A stretch of DNA of 64,000 nt, from assembly GCA_045540755.1 (NCBI GenBank), contig JAZQHV010000073.1, forward strand, positions 2,434-66,433. The letters are read 5' to 3'. A program made the position numbers and the translations under genes. This document shows positions 9,501-19,000 of this stretch, in pieces (the first letter of the stretch is position 1; each line of letters starts with the position of its first letter). This DNA comes from Eubacteriales bacterium (GTDB lineage Bacteria > Bacillota > Clostridia > Oscillospirales > CAG-272). The notes beneath the pieces are model-generated. The model had not been told where the DNA came from. It worked only from the letters and a program-made list of their open reading frames with translations, and searched no databases.

Positions 9501-10769
9501 AAAATCGCAGTTGTAGAAATAGTTACCAAGCTCTACCGCAAGTGCGTTTTTACCGTAGGAAAGCATATCCGTTACATCATACGCGCGGTAGTGAACGGTA
9601 TCTTCATACTGTGTGTGCGCGGGATTCAGTACAGTATCATCCGGAAGATTTCCGTTTACGTACAACTCATACAGACCAAGTCCGGATATATAAAGCCTTG
9701 CATCTTTGATTTCTTTTGTTACATCAAACGTCTTGCGAAGCATGGGTGCACCTGCGCCAACGTTTACTTGCATTGTAGAAGGCATAGCAACATTTGCATT
9801 CCACGGGCCGGAGCCGTATGCAACCGACTGATCCGGAGTATCCCATGCAGTGTCATTGAAACCGGGAGATTCCCAACCGGATGTTGACGATGCCGTATTT
9901 GAAACTTTCCAAGTTGTGTCGGTAACGGTAGTATCAACGCTTCCGTCCGTATAGCGCACTTCAATTTTTGCAACAAAACCGGCGCTTGAACCGGTGTTAA
10001 CTACTCTCGCACCAAATATGTTGTCTCCCTTTTCTACAAAAGGAGTAATATTGACAACATTGCCGTTTTTCCATGCATTTGCAACATTTTTTACCGTCAG
10101 CACATTTGCACAGTTTACAAAGAGATAGCCGTAGTCATCCATGGAAGCAGCAAGCAATACCTCATCAACTTCCTTTTTCGCATCAACCGTGAAATGCACC
10201 CTGAAATATTCGGTTCCCGCAGCAGAAGATGCCGCTCCGTCCTTAAACCAGATCCAGTTTGCACCGGTAAGGTCAATATCACAAGGAACGCTGTCTCCAT
10301 CCGTTATGCCGATCCATTTTGCGCTCCACTCCGTATCGTCAAGAAAGCCCGTTTCAAAGGTAGAAACCTCACTCCACACGGAGTTGTCATTCTCATCCCA
10401 GACCTGCACGGCAAAGAAATACTCGGTCGAGGATGCAAGAGCGTTTCCGCCATATGCAACGTCGTAATTCAGATTGCTCTCCACTTTACCGCTGTCCCAC
10501 ACGTCACCGTCGTGCGCCGCCGCCTTTTCGGCGGTAGAAGCAACGATGATCCGGTATGCACTCTGTGCGCGTGCATAGCCGTCCATACGATTGATCCAGC
10601 GGAACGTGGGCACCGTGTCAATACCTATAGGCCCTGCAAGGTTATTGACCTTCAAATCGGTAACAAACATATCGTTTCCTTTCTCTGCAAATACCGTCAT
10701 CGGAGTCGCCGTAAGCACCGCGCTTAAGCATAAGATCAAAGCGATCATTTTTTTAAAATATGATTTCAT
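6522..10769 (-). CDS. secreted GH78 alpha-L-rhamnosidase (copy 1) with FIVAR-like repeats, F5/8-type-C (discoidin) domain and C-terminal dockerin-like tag
   Basis: Start MKSYFKK at 10769 (GGGAGGG RBS) gives a signal peptide. Diagnostic GH78 block PMLRKTFDVTKEIKDARLYISGLGLYELYVNGNLPDDTVLNPAHTQYEDTVHYRAYDVTDML. Discoidin-like ...DLGAIYRIDRVNIMP...FAIYGSVDGERWE. C-terminus DVDLDGDVDLVDVLKLL. Confidence 0.85.
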   Translation of the reverse strand: MKSYFKKMIALILCLSAVLTATPMTVFAEKGNDMFVTDLKVNNLAGPIGIDTVPTFRWINRMDGYARAQSAYRIIVASTAEKAAAHDGDVWDSGKVESNLNYDVAYGGNALASSTEYFFAVQVWDENDNSVWSEVSTFETGFLDDTEWSAKWIGITDGDSVPCDIDLTGANWIWFKDGAASSAAGTEYFRVHFTVDAKKEVDEVLLAASMDDYGYLFVNCANVLTVKNVANAWKNGNVVNITPFVEKGDNIFGARVVNTGSSAGFVAKIEVRYTDGSVDTTVTDTTWKVSNTASSTSGWESPGFNDTAWDTPDQSVAYGSGPWNANVAMPSTMQVNVGAGAPMLRKTFDVTKEIKDARLYISGLGLYELYVNGNLPDDTVLNPAHTQYEDTVHYRAYDVTDMLSYGKNALAVELGNYFYNCDFYTWMNWNTAGYRDNPKLLLELRIDYTDGTSETVVSDESWKTYEYGPVYYNNVYKGEHYDARREVNGWTEASFDDSAWKNARLATAPTGDLVFENMEPLRRIETFVPEVFNKGSGTYIIKNPVMTTGWARIKLNAPAGTEIKITYGEKLDDLGFVVPTVNGYLLQADRFITSGEDDVYEPKYSYKGYEYIQVENYSGSLTSADVECYLIANDVADISEFETGDSRINYMHEMMIRTVINNLQSKLTDTPVYEKNGWTGDVNFALESFNYNYDLANVLPKILTDMGDTTNSKGVVNQIAPSASTGGSSIPIWSSIFIHGYYENWRVNGVKSEFIENYDAIRLQTLDYIKSIQANGWVWTTGSYADWVSPNPSGAYTTGKTTHAPEGAGIIGSAFVYRTLGEMAEMADYLGKSADAAEYRAAMANIYTAFNQKFYLADKGYYDTGFWNETYDAGRTKYRQASNIVPLMFGLCPEEYEASVVKSIVDDILEKDTHLDVGAVGTKYILPMLSKYGYSDLAMALVQQDTYPSWGYWIRLGANTCWETYESNARSRNHFFLGTYTDWFYKNLAGVRGFTNGYETVELRPEIHPEIGYVNYTLQTVRGALKSHWRFTEDNKLLWDVTVPVGTTATVYVPAETEPRILGSGSYSFTVDASEFDVDKSLLSKAVAGAKALDKTLYGETDYATFSATVSACEAVLADANATQFAVCAAVDALENATNALTPDEKKASVAQLVAAAESIRSADLPSVIFQEFSEILAQAKRVFADADSGSEAVEKAYATLETAMQAISGYSSGNVALGREVLVSSTVESAYWGAQKLTDGDRENLRGKEICGWSSNNLTTFDHSESVCVDLGAIYRIDRVNIMPSGAELGAKAITFPSDFAIYGSVDGERWEMLCCVADHPVPLVELLEFEFEAAEVRYIRFTGTSLRQKPTDGNRFRMQLCEIEVYNSSRVYGDVDLDGDVDLVDVLKLLQVLLNDREASMLDVMKVLKQCIQ
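6525..6650 (-). other. one-loop dockerin-like C-terminal tag (42 aa)
   Basis: YGDVDLDGDVDLVDVLKLLQVLLNDREASMLDVMKVLKQCIQ: one DxDxDG Ca-loop plus helix, then a second helix with no second loop. Cys 3 residues from the end. Confidence 0.45.
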
Positions 10770-10794
10770 GACGTTCCCTCCCATTCTTATCCTT

Positions 10795-10823
10795 ATTGTA
10801 CCTCCTGCGCATCCAAAAGCCAA
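10795..10823 (-). promoter_or_regulatory. candidate promoter for GH78 copy 1
   Basis: On the minus strand: TTGGCT, 17 nt, TACAAT, about 25 nt upstream of ATG 10769. Confidence 0.3.
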
Positions 10824-10854
10824 GGTCTTGTTTTGTCTAAAAAAACAACCGTTC

Positions 10855-10866
10855 TTGCACTTGCAA
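10855..10866. promoter_or_regulatory. palindrome TTGCA-CT-TGCAA (candidate operator) overlapping the -35 of the AraC paralogue 1 promoter
   Basis: Identical 12-mer at 19185-19196, in the equivalent position of the second cassette. Confidence 0.3.
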
Positions 10867-10889
10867 TTCTAAATTTTTCGTGCTAATAT
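10861..10889 (+). promoter_or_regulatory. sigma-A-type promoter of AraC paralogue 1
   Basis: TTGCAA (10861-10866), 17 nt, TGcTAATAT (10881-10889). Confidence 0.5.
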
Positions 10890-10906
10890 AGACGTGAGGT
10901 GATCCC

Positions 10907-11830
10907 ATGAAAAAAGCAATTGCAGACAGCGCCGCGAAAGACACGGCGAAGCATGGTACTGACGGCAAAGACAAAGTCAGAAGATTCCTTGCCAGAAACA
11001 CGCTTCCTCTTGGCAAGCTGATCACCATTGCTCCCAATCCGCGGTTTGTTCCCGTTCGTACACACACGCATGATTTTGTGGAGATGTGCTATATGCGCAC
11101 AGGGCAGACAGTGCATATCATAAACGGAAAGGAGCTTTTGCTACGCAAAGGAGAGGTGTTAATTCTCAATCAGCACGCGATCCAGGAGATCCTGCCGGCA
11201 GGCGAAAACGACTTTTTGATAAACTTTATCATTCTGCCGCAGTTTTTCGGCAAACCGCTTGAGATGCTGGGCGAGGAGGATACGCCGCTGCGCCGCTTTA
11301 TCATTGATTGCATAGCAGGAAGGGATAACACGGACGGATACCTGCATTTCAGAACTGCTGACGTTATGCCCATACAGCATCTGTTTGAGGCGCTGATCCT
11401 GACCTTTGCAGAAGAAGCGCAGAGCGATAAGATCATCGAGTTTACAATGGGACTGATTTTGCTCGAGCTTGTTCACCATTCGGACAGGCTGTTTTCTGAC
11501 AGCATTGAAAAAAGCTCCGTTTTGCAGGTACTCCAATATATCGAGGAAAACTATCAGTCCGGCACCTTGTCTGAGATTGCAGAGCACCTTCACTACGATC
11601 TTTACTGGCTGTCCCGCAAGCTCAAAGACAAAACGGGAAAAAACTTTACCGAGCTTTTGCAGGAGAAAAGGCTATCACAGGCCGAGCATCTCTTGTTGCA
11701 CACCAATATGAAAGTTGCTGACATTGCCGCAATCGTGGGATACAATAACACAAGCTTTTTTCACCGTATTTTTGAAAAACGCTATGGCATATCGCCGAAA
11801 AAGTACAGAGACCGTTACGCCGCATTTTAA
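10907..11830 (+). CDS. AraC family transcriptional regulator (cupin sensor + HTH), paralogue 1
   Basis: GAGGTGA RBS. Cupin-like N-terminal half (THDFVEMCYM...GEVLILNQHA). C-terminal AraC HTH (...VADIAAIVGYNNTSFFHRIFEKRYGISPKKYR). Confidence 0.85.
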   Translation: MKKAIADSAAKDTAKHGTDGKDKVRRFLARNTLPLGKLITIAPNPRFVPVRTHTHDFVEMCYMRTGQTVHIINGKELLLRKGEVLILNQHAIQEILPAGENDFLINFIILPQFFGKPLEMLGEEDTPLRRFIIDCIAGRDNTDGYLHFRTADVMPIQHLFEALILTFAEEAQSDKIIEFTMGLILLELVHHSDRLFSDSIEKSSVLQVLQYIEENYQSGTLSEIAEHLHYDLYWLSRKLKDKTGKNFTELLQEKRLSQAEHLLLHTNMKVADIAAIVGYNNTSFFHRIFEKRYGISPKKYRDRYAAF

Positions 11831-11871
11831 CGTTTGAGGAAGCATGGGATGCGCAATTTCAATCAACAGTG

Positions 11872-11909
11872 AAAACAGCCTTGGGCGAAAGCCCAAGGCT
11901 GTTTTTTTT
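11872..11909. terminator. bidirectional intrinsic terminator (same stem as 6488-6523, loop GAAA)
   Basis: AAAA-CAGCCTTGGGC-gaaa-GCCCAAGGCTG-TTTTTTTT between convergent genes. Confidence 0.85.
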
Positions 11910-11911
11910 GT

Positions 11912-14900
11912 TTATTTTACGCAATACCGCAGAATATGAATCACATCCCGCAGAGACGTATCGCCGCCGTTCAGAAAAGAATGTAGCAACTTCAGCGCAT
12001 CTGCAAGGTCAATGTCGCCGTCAAGGTCAATGTCCATTGTTACCTCGGGCGTATTGAGATAAACCTCGATCTCCGCAAGCTGCATACGGTAATAATTCTT
12101 CTCCACTGTACGGGGATTTAGAGAGGTCGCATACACGCGGACGTAACGTGCATAAGAGATATCAAAATCAAACGTCTGCATAACCGCAGTGGGGATCGGG
12201 TAATCGTTTTGGGCCAAAACGGATTCCCAAACTACGCCGTCGGTGGACACTTGTATTTCAAAGTCCTTGGGAAAGGCTTCGCAAAGCGGCTGTCCCGATT
12301 TGCGGCCCGTGGGCATGAGGCTCACACGGTTGAACTTAAACATGCCGCCGAGATCGATCATTGCCCATTCTGTATGATCTTTTTCAAAATAAGTATTCGA
12401 AGACCACCCTAAGTTTTCACCGGACGTGCTTGTATGATACAGTTCACCGTCGGTCAGCTTTTCCTTGTTCCAACCGTATTTTGCCACGTCGGAGGATACC
12501 GACACGGTTTTGCCACGCGCCAGATTTCCGCGATTGTAGTTTGCAAGCGTGTCCATAGCAAGCATCAGGTTTTTGTTTGCGGCATGGATCGCATCTGTAG
12601 TGGCATCCGCACTTGCAAAAACGTTTTTCGCCTCGGCAAGTGCCTCCGCAAAGGCGCTGTAATACACCTCCGGATAGTACGAGCTGTCAACCGTCTCGAC
12701 TCGCGCAATGGTTTCTTCCAGTTCCTGCAAAGCAAAGGGGCGACTGTCCAAAGCAAAGCTGTATTTACCCGAAAGGACGGTAAGGCTGTCACCGTTCACA
12801 GTGATTCCCTCTTGCGCGGAAAGCGCCCCACCGTTTACGCTGAGCGCCGTACACGGCAGATAAACGGTAGCCGTCGTGCCGACGGGAATCGTAATATCCC
12901 ATAAAAGTGCTCCGCCCTCGAAATACCAGTGGCTCGAAAGCTCTCCGCGAACGGTGTCAAGCGTCATATCGGTATAACCGACTTCTTTGTACACCTCGGG
13001 ACGAAGCGTCACGGTCTCGTAGCCGTTTGTCATGTCGCTGACACCGGCAAGATTTTTGAAGAACCAATCCTCATACGTACCGAGGAAGTAATGGTTATGC
13101 GAACGTGCCGTAAGCTTCCAAGCTTCCCAAGTGGACGTCGTGCCGTTGGCGATCCAATACCCCCAAGAGGGATGCGTGCTTTGCATGACCAGCGCAAGAG
13201 CAATGTCGCCATATCCGAGTTCGGAAAGCGTGGTGAGGATCAGCTTTGTGCCGACCATGCCTGTGTCAAGATGCATATCCTTTCCGACGGTAATGTCGTG
13301 GATCAGCGTTTCTACCACGCTGTCCTTATATTCTTCGGGGCAAAGTCCGAATGCAAGAGGCACAAGGTTGGAAGTCTGACGGTACTTGGAGCGGGTGCCT
13401 GCATAGCTTGCATTCCAATATCCCGTGTCATACCAGCCGTTTTCCGCATCGTAATACTTTTCGTTAAACGCGGTATATACCTTTTCCATAGCCGCACGGT
13501 ACTCCGCCGCATCCGCAGTCTTGCCAAGCGCATCCGCCATTTCCGCAAGGCGGGAAAGCGCAAGATATGCATAGCCCGTACCGACAATGCCCGAGCCTTC
13601 CACCGAATTTGAATCTCCATCCGGCGCTACCCAGTCGGAAAGCTGATGGTCTACCCAGACCCAGCCATTCCCCTCTAAGATTGTGATGTAACTGCGTGCA
13701 AGCAGCCGCATTGCATCATAATGCGCTTCCACTTCGCCGAAGAGACCGTTTGCCCGCCAGCCCTCGTAGATTCCGTTGATATACGCGCTGTTCCAGACTA
13801 CGGCGTTGTGATCTCCCCAATTCCAGTTACCGGGGGCGATCACGGGAATCTTGCCTCCCGCCTCTTGGCGGTCGCGGAGGTCACGCAAAAACTTTGCATT
13901 AAAGTTTGCGGTGTCAAAATTAAAGTTCAGCATTTCCAGCGCAACGTTAAAGTCACCGCTCCAGCCATGTTTCTCATACACAGGGGTGTCTGTCGGCTTG
14001 CCCTGAAAATTATTCCACATGGTGCGGCGCACGATCTCATGCAATGTGTTGATTGTTTCATTGCCGGTTGCGAAGGAGGAGATCACCTCCACGTCATTGG
14101 CAATGAAATAACACTCTACGTCGGAAGCGGTCAGCGTACCGGGATAGTTTTTGACCTCGATATACCGATACCCCTTGTAGGTGAACTTCGGCTCGTAGAT
14201 CTCGTTCGGCTCTCCGCTGCAAATATACGTATCGATCTGCAGATTCATATTGGAAAACGTGGGAGCAACAACGTTACCGCCGCTCATTTTTTCCCCGTAG
14301 GTAATTTTGATTTCCGTGCCTGCGGGCGCATTGAATCTGATCTTCGCCCAGCCGGTGGTCATGACAGGATTTTCAATCAGGAACGTACCGTTTCCCTTGT
14401 CGGTAACGGTCGGCGTAAAGGTCGTGATGCGGCGCATCGGCTCCATATTTTCGTAAACAAGATCGCCTGTCGGCGCTTCACGCAACTCCACCGCTTCCCA
14501 TGCAGAATCATCAAAGTCGGCATTCACCCAACCGTCTGCAGCAAGGCGCGCATCGTAATGCTCGCCGAGATAGATGTTATTGTAGGTGATAGGACCATCT
14601 GCATACATCTTCCAACTCTCATCGCTGATGATGATTTCTTCTGTACCGTCGGCATACGTGATCACAAGTTCCAAAAGCAACTTCGTATGGTCACGCCACG
14701 GTGCGGTATTCCATTGCCAGCCGGCGATGTCGCAGTTATAGAAGAAATTGCCGAGCTCTACGGCGATCGCATTCTTACCGCTGACAAGCAGATCGGTCAC
14801 GTCAAACACGCGATAATGCACCGTATCCTCGTACTGCGTGTGGGCAGGATTCAAAACGGTGTCGTCGGGAAGCTTGCCGTTGATCTGCATCTCAAAAAGT

Positions 14901-15985
14901 CCGAGACCCGATACGTAGGCGCGCGCCTTCTTCACTTCCTTTGCAATGGTAAAGGTCTTGCGGAGCAGGGGTGCGGCTTCGTATTTTTTTGTAACGACCT
15001 CTGAAGGAAGTTGTACGATATTTCCCCAAGGTGAACCACCCAAAGCCACCGCCTGATCGGGCTTGTTCCATGCGGCATCATTGTAGCCGCTGTTCTGCCA
15101 GCCGTCACTTGCGGTAGCCGAGACCTTCCACGTGGAATCGGTTACAAAGGTATCCTTTGTGCCATCGGTATAGGTAACGACGATCTTGGCAATAAAGCCT
15201 GCATAGCCCACGCCTACGTTATAGGCATAAGCGGCAATGCAGTTTTTTCCCGCGCTGACCAGATCCGTGATATCCGCAACCGCTCCCGTGCGCCATACCT
15301 CGCCTGCGGTTGCCATTCTCGTCGCTTCCGCTCCGTTGATGTACACGGTGCTGTAATTGTCCGTGGTCACGCCGAGAAGCACGTTGTCCACCGTCTTTGC
15401 GCTATTTACACTAAAGGAGGAACGGAAATACATTGCACCCGATGCGGCGGCAGAAAATGCCGCACCGTTGCGGAGCCAGATCCAGCTTGCACCGTCAAGG
15501 TCGATCTGAACGTCCTCGGTCTCGCTGCTCTTGCCGCCGATCCACTTTGCCGTCCATTCGGCATCGTCAAGGATGCCTGTTTCAAAAGTGGAAACCTCAC
15601 TCCAAACGGAGTTGCCTTTCTCGTCCCACACCTGCACCGCAAAGAAATATTCGGTGCGGGAAGTGAGTGCCGCGCCGCCGTAAGGGATATCATAGTTTTG
15701 ATTACTCTCCACCTTGCCGCTGTCCCACACGTCGCCGTTGTGCGCCGCCGCTTTTTCGGCAGTAGAGGCAACGATAATGCGATACGCGCTCTGCGAACGC
15801 GCATAGCCGTCCATATGATTGATCCAACGGAACGTGGGTGTCGTATCAATACCGAGCGGTTCGACAAGGTTGTTGACCTTCAGATCGGTAACAGACATCT
15901 CCTCACCCTCTCCTTCTACAGCAAAAACAGTTGTCGTGCCGAGTAGCATTGCACAGCAAAGTAGCAAAGACAAAAACTTTTTCAT
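11912..15985 (-). CDS. secreted GH78 alpha-L-rhamnosidase (copy 2) with FIVAR-like repeat, discoidin domain and dockerin-like tag
   Basis: Start MKKFLSLLLCC at 15985 (GGAGGAAA RBS), signal peptide. Colinear with copy 1 (PLLRKTFTIAKEVKKARAYVSGLGLFEMQINGKLPDDTVLNPAHTQYEDTVHYRVFDVTDLL). C-terminus MDIDLDGDIDLADALKLL. Confidence 0.85.
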   Translation of the reverse strand: MKKFLSLLLCCAMLLGTTTVFAVEGEGEEMSVTDLKVNNLVEPLGIDTTPTFRWINHMDGYARSQSAYRIIVASTAEKAAAHNGDVWDSGKVESNQNYDIPYGGAALTSRTEYFFAVQVWDEKGNSVWSEVSTFETGILDDAEWTAKWIGGKSSETEDVQIDLDGASWIWLRNGAAFSAAASGAMYFRSSFSVNSAKTVDNVLLGVTTDNYSTVYINGAEATRMATAGEVWRTGAVADITDLVSAGKNCIAAYAYNVGVGYAGFIAKIVVTYTDGTKDTFVTDSTWKVSATASDGWQNSGYNDAAWNKPDQAVALGGSPWGNIVQLPSEVVTKKYEAAPLLRKTFTIAKEVKKARAYVSGLGLFEMQINGKLPDDTVLNPAHTQYEDTVHYRVFDVTDLLVSGKNAIAVELGNFFYNCDIAGWQWNTAPWRDHTKLLLELVITYADGTEEIIISDESWKMYADGPITYNNIYLGEHYDARLAADGWVNADFDDSAWEAVELREAPTGDLVYENMEPMRRITTFTPTVTDKGNGTFLIENPVMTTGWAKIRFNAPAGTEIKITYGEKMSGGNVVAPTFSNMNLQIDTYICSGEPNEIYEPKFTYKGYRYIEVKNYPGTLTASDVECYFIANDVEVISSFATGNETINTLHEIVRRTMWNNFQGKPTDTPVYEKHGWSGDFNVALEMLNFNFDTANFNAKFLRDLRDRQEAGGKIPVIAPGNWNWGDHNAVVWNSAYINGIYEGWRANGLFGEVEAHYDAMRLLARSYITILEGNGWVWVDHQLSDWVAPDGDSNSVEGSGIVGTGYAYLALSRLAEMADALGKTADAAEYRAAMEKVYTAFNEKYYDAENGWYDTGYWNASYAGTRSKYRQTSNLVPLAFGLCPEEYKDSVVETLIHDITVGKDMHLDTGMVGTKLILTTLSELGYGDIALALVMQSTHPSWGYWIANGTTSTWEAWKLTARSHNHYFLGTYEDWFFKNLAGVSDMTNGYETVTLRPEVYKEVGYTDMTLDTVRGELSSHWYFEGGALLWDITIPVGTTATVYLPCTALSVNGGALSAQEGITVNGDSLTVLSGKYSFALDSRPFALQELEETIARVETVDSSYYPEVYYSAFAEALAEAKNVFASADATTDAIHAANKNLMLAMDTLANYNRGNLARGKTVSVSSDVAKYGWNKEKLTDGELYHTSTSGENLGWSSNTYFEKDHTEWAMIDLGGMFKFNRVSLMPTGRKSGQPLCEAFPKDFEIQVSTDGVVWESVLAQNDYPIPTAVMQTFDFDISYARYVRVYATSLNPRTVEKNYYRMQLAEIEVYLNTPEVTMDIDLDGDIDLADALKLLHSFLNGGDTSLRDVIHILRYCVK
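11915..12037 (-). other. one-loop dockerin-like C-terminal tag (41 aa)
   Basis: MDIDLDGDIDLADALKLLHSFLNGGDTSLRDVIHILRYCVK. Same architecture as 6525-6650, including the penultimate-region Cys. Confidence 0.45.
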
Positions 15986-15990
15986 GGACT

Positions 15991-16019
15991 TTTCCTCCAA
16001 AACATTTTCCTCCAAAACA
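15991..16019 (-). repeat. tandem duplication of a 14-nt Shine-Dalgarno-containing unit
   Basis: Minus strand reads TGTTTTGGAGGAAA-A-TGTTTTGGAGGAAA-AGTCC-ATG. Plus strand has tttcctccaaaaca at 15991-16004 and 16006-16019. Confidence 0.8.
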
Positions 16020-16036
16020 GAGTTATGGAGATGAAC

Positions 16037-19000
16037 TTACTCCGAAAGATACAAGTTCGGCGCAGACAAAAGGCCCGCACGGCGCAAACGGTACTCATAC
16101 GTCCAAAGGCTGTCCTTTGTCACCCATGCGCTCGGTCCCTGCCAACTGAACTTTTCATCTGCATTATGAACGTCGCCAAAGCAATTACGGCGCGAAACGT
16201 AGGCGGTAACCGTAACGGTGTGCTCGCCCTTGTCAAGACTGCCGATATCCGCCCTGTACGGCGGATACGCCACCACGGTGCGCTCTTCCCCGTCCACCGC
16301 TACGGTATTGACCGCCGCTGCGTAGTGCGGAATCACGATCTGTGCGCGGCATTCCTCATGGCACCGAACAGGAATATGGTAGGAGACCGCGCCACCGTAA
16401 AACGGAAGTCCCTGCCCTGTAATATCACCAAAGCCCAACTGCTTTGGCAGTTCCGTAACCGTAAGATTTCTGCCCGCGATCTTCACGCCGAAGTCGCCGA
16501 GCAGATACATTGCCTCACAATTGGAGCGCTCGCCGAACGGAATCGTCACGGTGAGCGTGTTCTCGCCTTTTCTGAGCGCAGGTAAAGCGATTTTTTGGAT
16601 AGCCTTGTCCACGTAATAGCCCTCGGGAGCCGCCGTCACGCGCTCACCGTTCCAAAGCACGGTGGCAACGTCGGCATCCTCCAGCGCCAGATACGGAGTG
16701 GCGTATTCGATCTCGCTGTGCACCGTAAAGGCAAGCGTGACCGTGTGCTCTGCCGGCCGATTTGGCACGACCCACGGCTGTGTTTTTGCCGCAGGATAAC
16801 CAAGGCGTGTGCGGATCGCCGCATCCACGCGCAGGATCTCCTCAGGTCCGCCGAGTGCCTCACCGTCCAGCGCATACCGCGGCATGTCCAAAAGCAACAC
16901 GTTCGGCTCCGAAAGCTCGTAATCCACAAAAGTCGGCAAAGTATAGGGCACGGTCATGACAGCCGCTTTTTCCGCAACATACGCGCCTTCCTCTTTGGTA
17001 TCTGCAAGGAACAGCAGCAGCGAATCGTAATCGTACAGCGCCGTCGTAATATAGGTGTTGCCGCCGCGTGTTTGGTAGGTGATCGGCAATACTTCGCCGG
17101 TTTGCGTATCCCAAAGCTCGGGGCGGTAGATGCCCTTGACGCGGATGCGGATGCTCTGCGCCTTTGCAACGTCCTTGTTGTACGGCTCAGAGGCGTGCGC
17201 CACAAACAGCCACAGACCGTTTTCGTCACGGCGAAGCTGATGGATCAGATTGTTGGTAAGCGCGCCGTTCGACTCGCGGATTTCTACCGTTCTGTCTGCG
17301 GCAAGCGCCTCCAGCAAGGCACTGCGGTTGAAACCGATCTGCAAGGAGCGCTCATAAAGCGCTCTGCCTCTTTCGGATACCTTTGCATCCTCATACTTCG
17401 GGGCATCACCCATGAAAACCAGTTTGCCGCCCGCGTCGCGGAATGCCTCCAGACGGTCCAGCGTGGTCGCACGGAGCGTTTCGCATGCGGGAACGATAAC
17501 AACGTCATACGCCATTTCGCCTACCTTGAGCGGTGCGCCGCCCTCGGCACACTGATCGGGCAGATTGGATTCGCAGATATAGTCAAAGTCGATGCTTCCC
17601 TTGAGTAGCCAGTCGGTGACACTTGCAAAATTCGCATCCAGCCTGTCACGGACAAGCTGTGTCTGCTCGTTGGGGCCAAAGTGGAGCCAGTAGCTCTCCA
17701 CGGGATGTACCACCGCCACCTTGACACAGGGCTTTCCCCTTGTCATGGCGGTATTGACTCTTGCGAAGTGATCCTCTACGTATCTGTACTTCTTATACCA
17801 GGGCGATTGATAGGAGATCGAGGCAGGATAGTCCCGTTTTGCAGTTCCTTTCATGGATACCCAAGAGAGATGATGCACACGCACAGTAACGCCGAGCGCC
17901 GCCTGCCAATCTCCCTGTAGCTTATGTCCGCGGAAGTCGTAGTCCCAGCCTGTAACGCCGTACAGCTCGCTCATCATGCCCTCTTTGCCGTACTGACGTA
18001 CTGCGGATTGACATTGCTTTGCCGTGGTCAGCTCAAACGCCGCGCAAAGCATATCAATACCGGGAATACCGAATGCGCGGTAGGAACGCATGCAGTCGCC
18101 GAGCACACGTGTCTGACTATAGAGAGTGGGCTCGTTGAGCATGTGCCCGGAAAGCGCAATGCCGTGTGCATCGCACCAAGCGCCGATGGTATCGGCAAAG
18201 GCAGAAGCAAACCGTTCTGCAACGTGATCGTGGTAGCGATAGCGCATTTGGGAGATCTCGCCGTTCGGAAGCTCCCAAAGCAACTCGGGGAGACAGTCGC
18301 AAAGCGACGTACCGTAGGTCGCCGCAAAGGTCTCCTCCAGATCGTCCGTCCAAGGAAGCCGCACGTCTACGCGACTGTCTGCAAACGGGAGTGTGCCTTT
18401 ATGTAAAAACTGTGGCTCATCCGTAAAGATGGCAGGCACGCTTTTGCCAAACTCGTCGCCGAGGACCGCATGATATCGCTCGTGCGTGACCTCGATAAAG
18501 CGTTCGATCGCCTTTTTGTTCAGCGTATCCACATAGGATTGGTTATTATACCACGCGCTATCTGCGGCAACCATCCGCCAGACCGACCAGCGCGTACCCA
18601 TGACGTCTTCCCCTGTTTGCAAGCGCTTGTAGGAGCGGAGACATCCTTCCTCATCCAGTACAACGTCAAACTCGGCGATAAGCACCGATCCTGCACGCGG
18701 CTGAAACTGCGGATTGCAGGTAAAAACGATAAACCGTTGCCGATAGGCAGGATCCTTCGTTACGTAGCCACCGCCAAAGCCGGAGGGCCACTTGTCCTCA
18801 TCGTACAGCCACGCGAGCATCCCCTTCTCTTTTGCGTGATCGGCACAAGCCTTGACCAGTGCCATAAACGCATCCGTAAGATAAGGCGTTGCCATACCGT
18901 CGCGGCAATGCATATGAAAACCGCCGAGTCCCATCTCCCAAAAGATATCGATCTGGCGTAACAACTCCTCCCGCTCCAGCGTGCAGTTCCAAGCCCAGAA

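Noticed and set aside
10770-10823. Longer track starts for several genes: GH78-1 (10823), GH78-2 (16015, a TTG start), the GH at 19141, P4 at 53195, the SBP at 62290, ImmA at 20109, M14 at 35703 and uxuA at 30052.
   Set aside because: In each case a downstream ATG has a well-spaced GGAGG-type RBS. That start yields a canonical signal peptide, lipobox or family-typical N-terminus, while the upstream extension has neither.
15997-16020. Seven-codon mini-ORF MFWRKSP as a real leader peptide.
   Set aside because: Its ATG is only 3 nt from the distal GGAGG, which is too close for efficient initiation, and it is fully explained by the 14-nt duplication. It is mentioned only as a low-interest curiosity.
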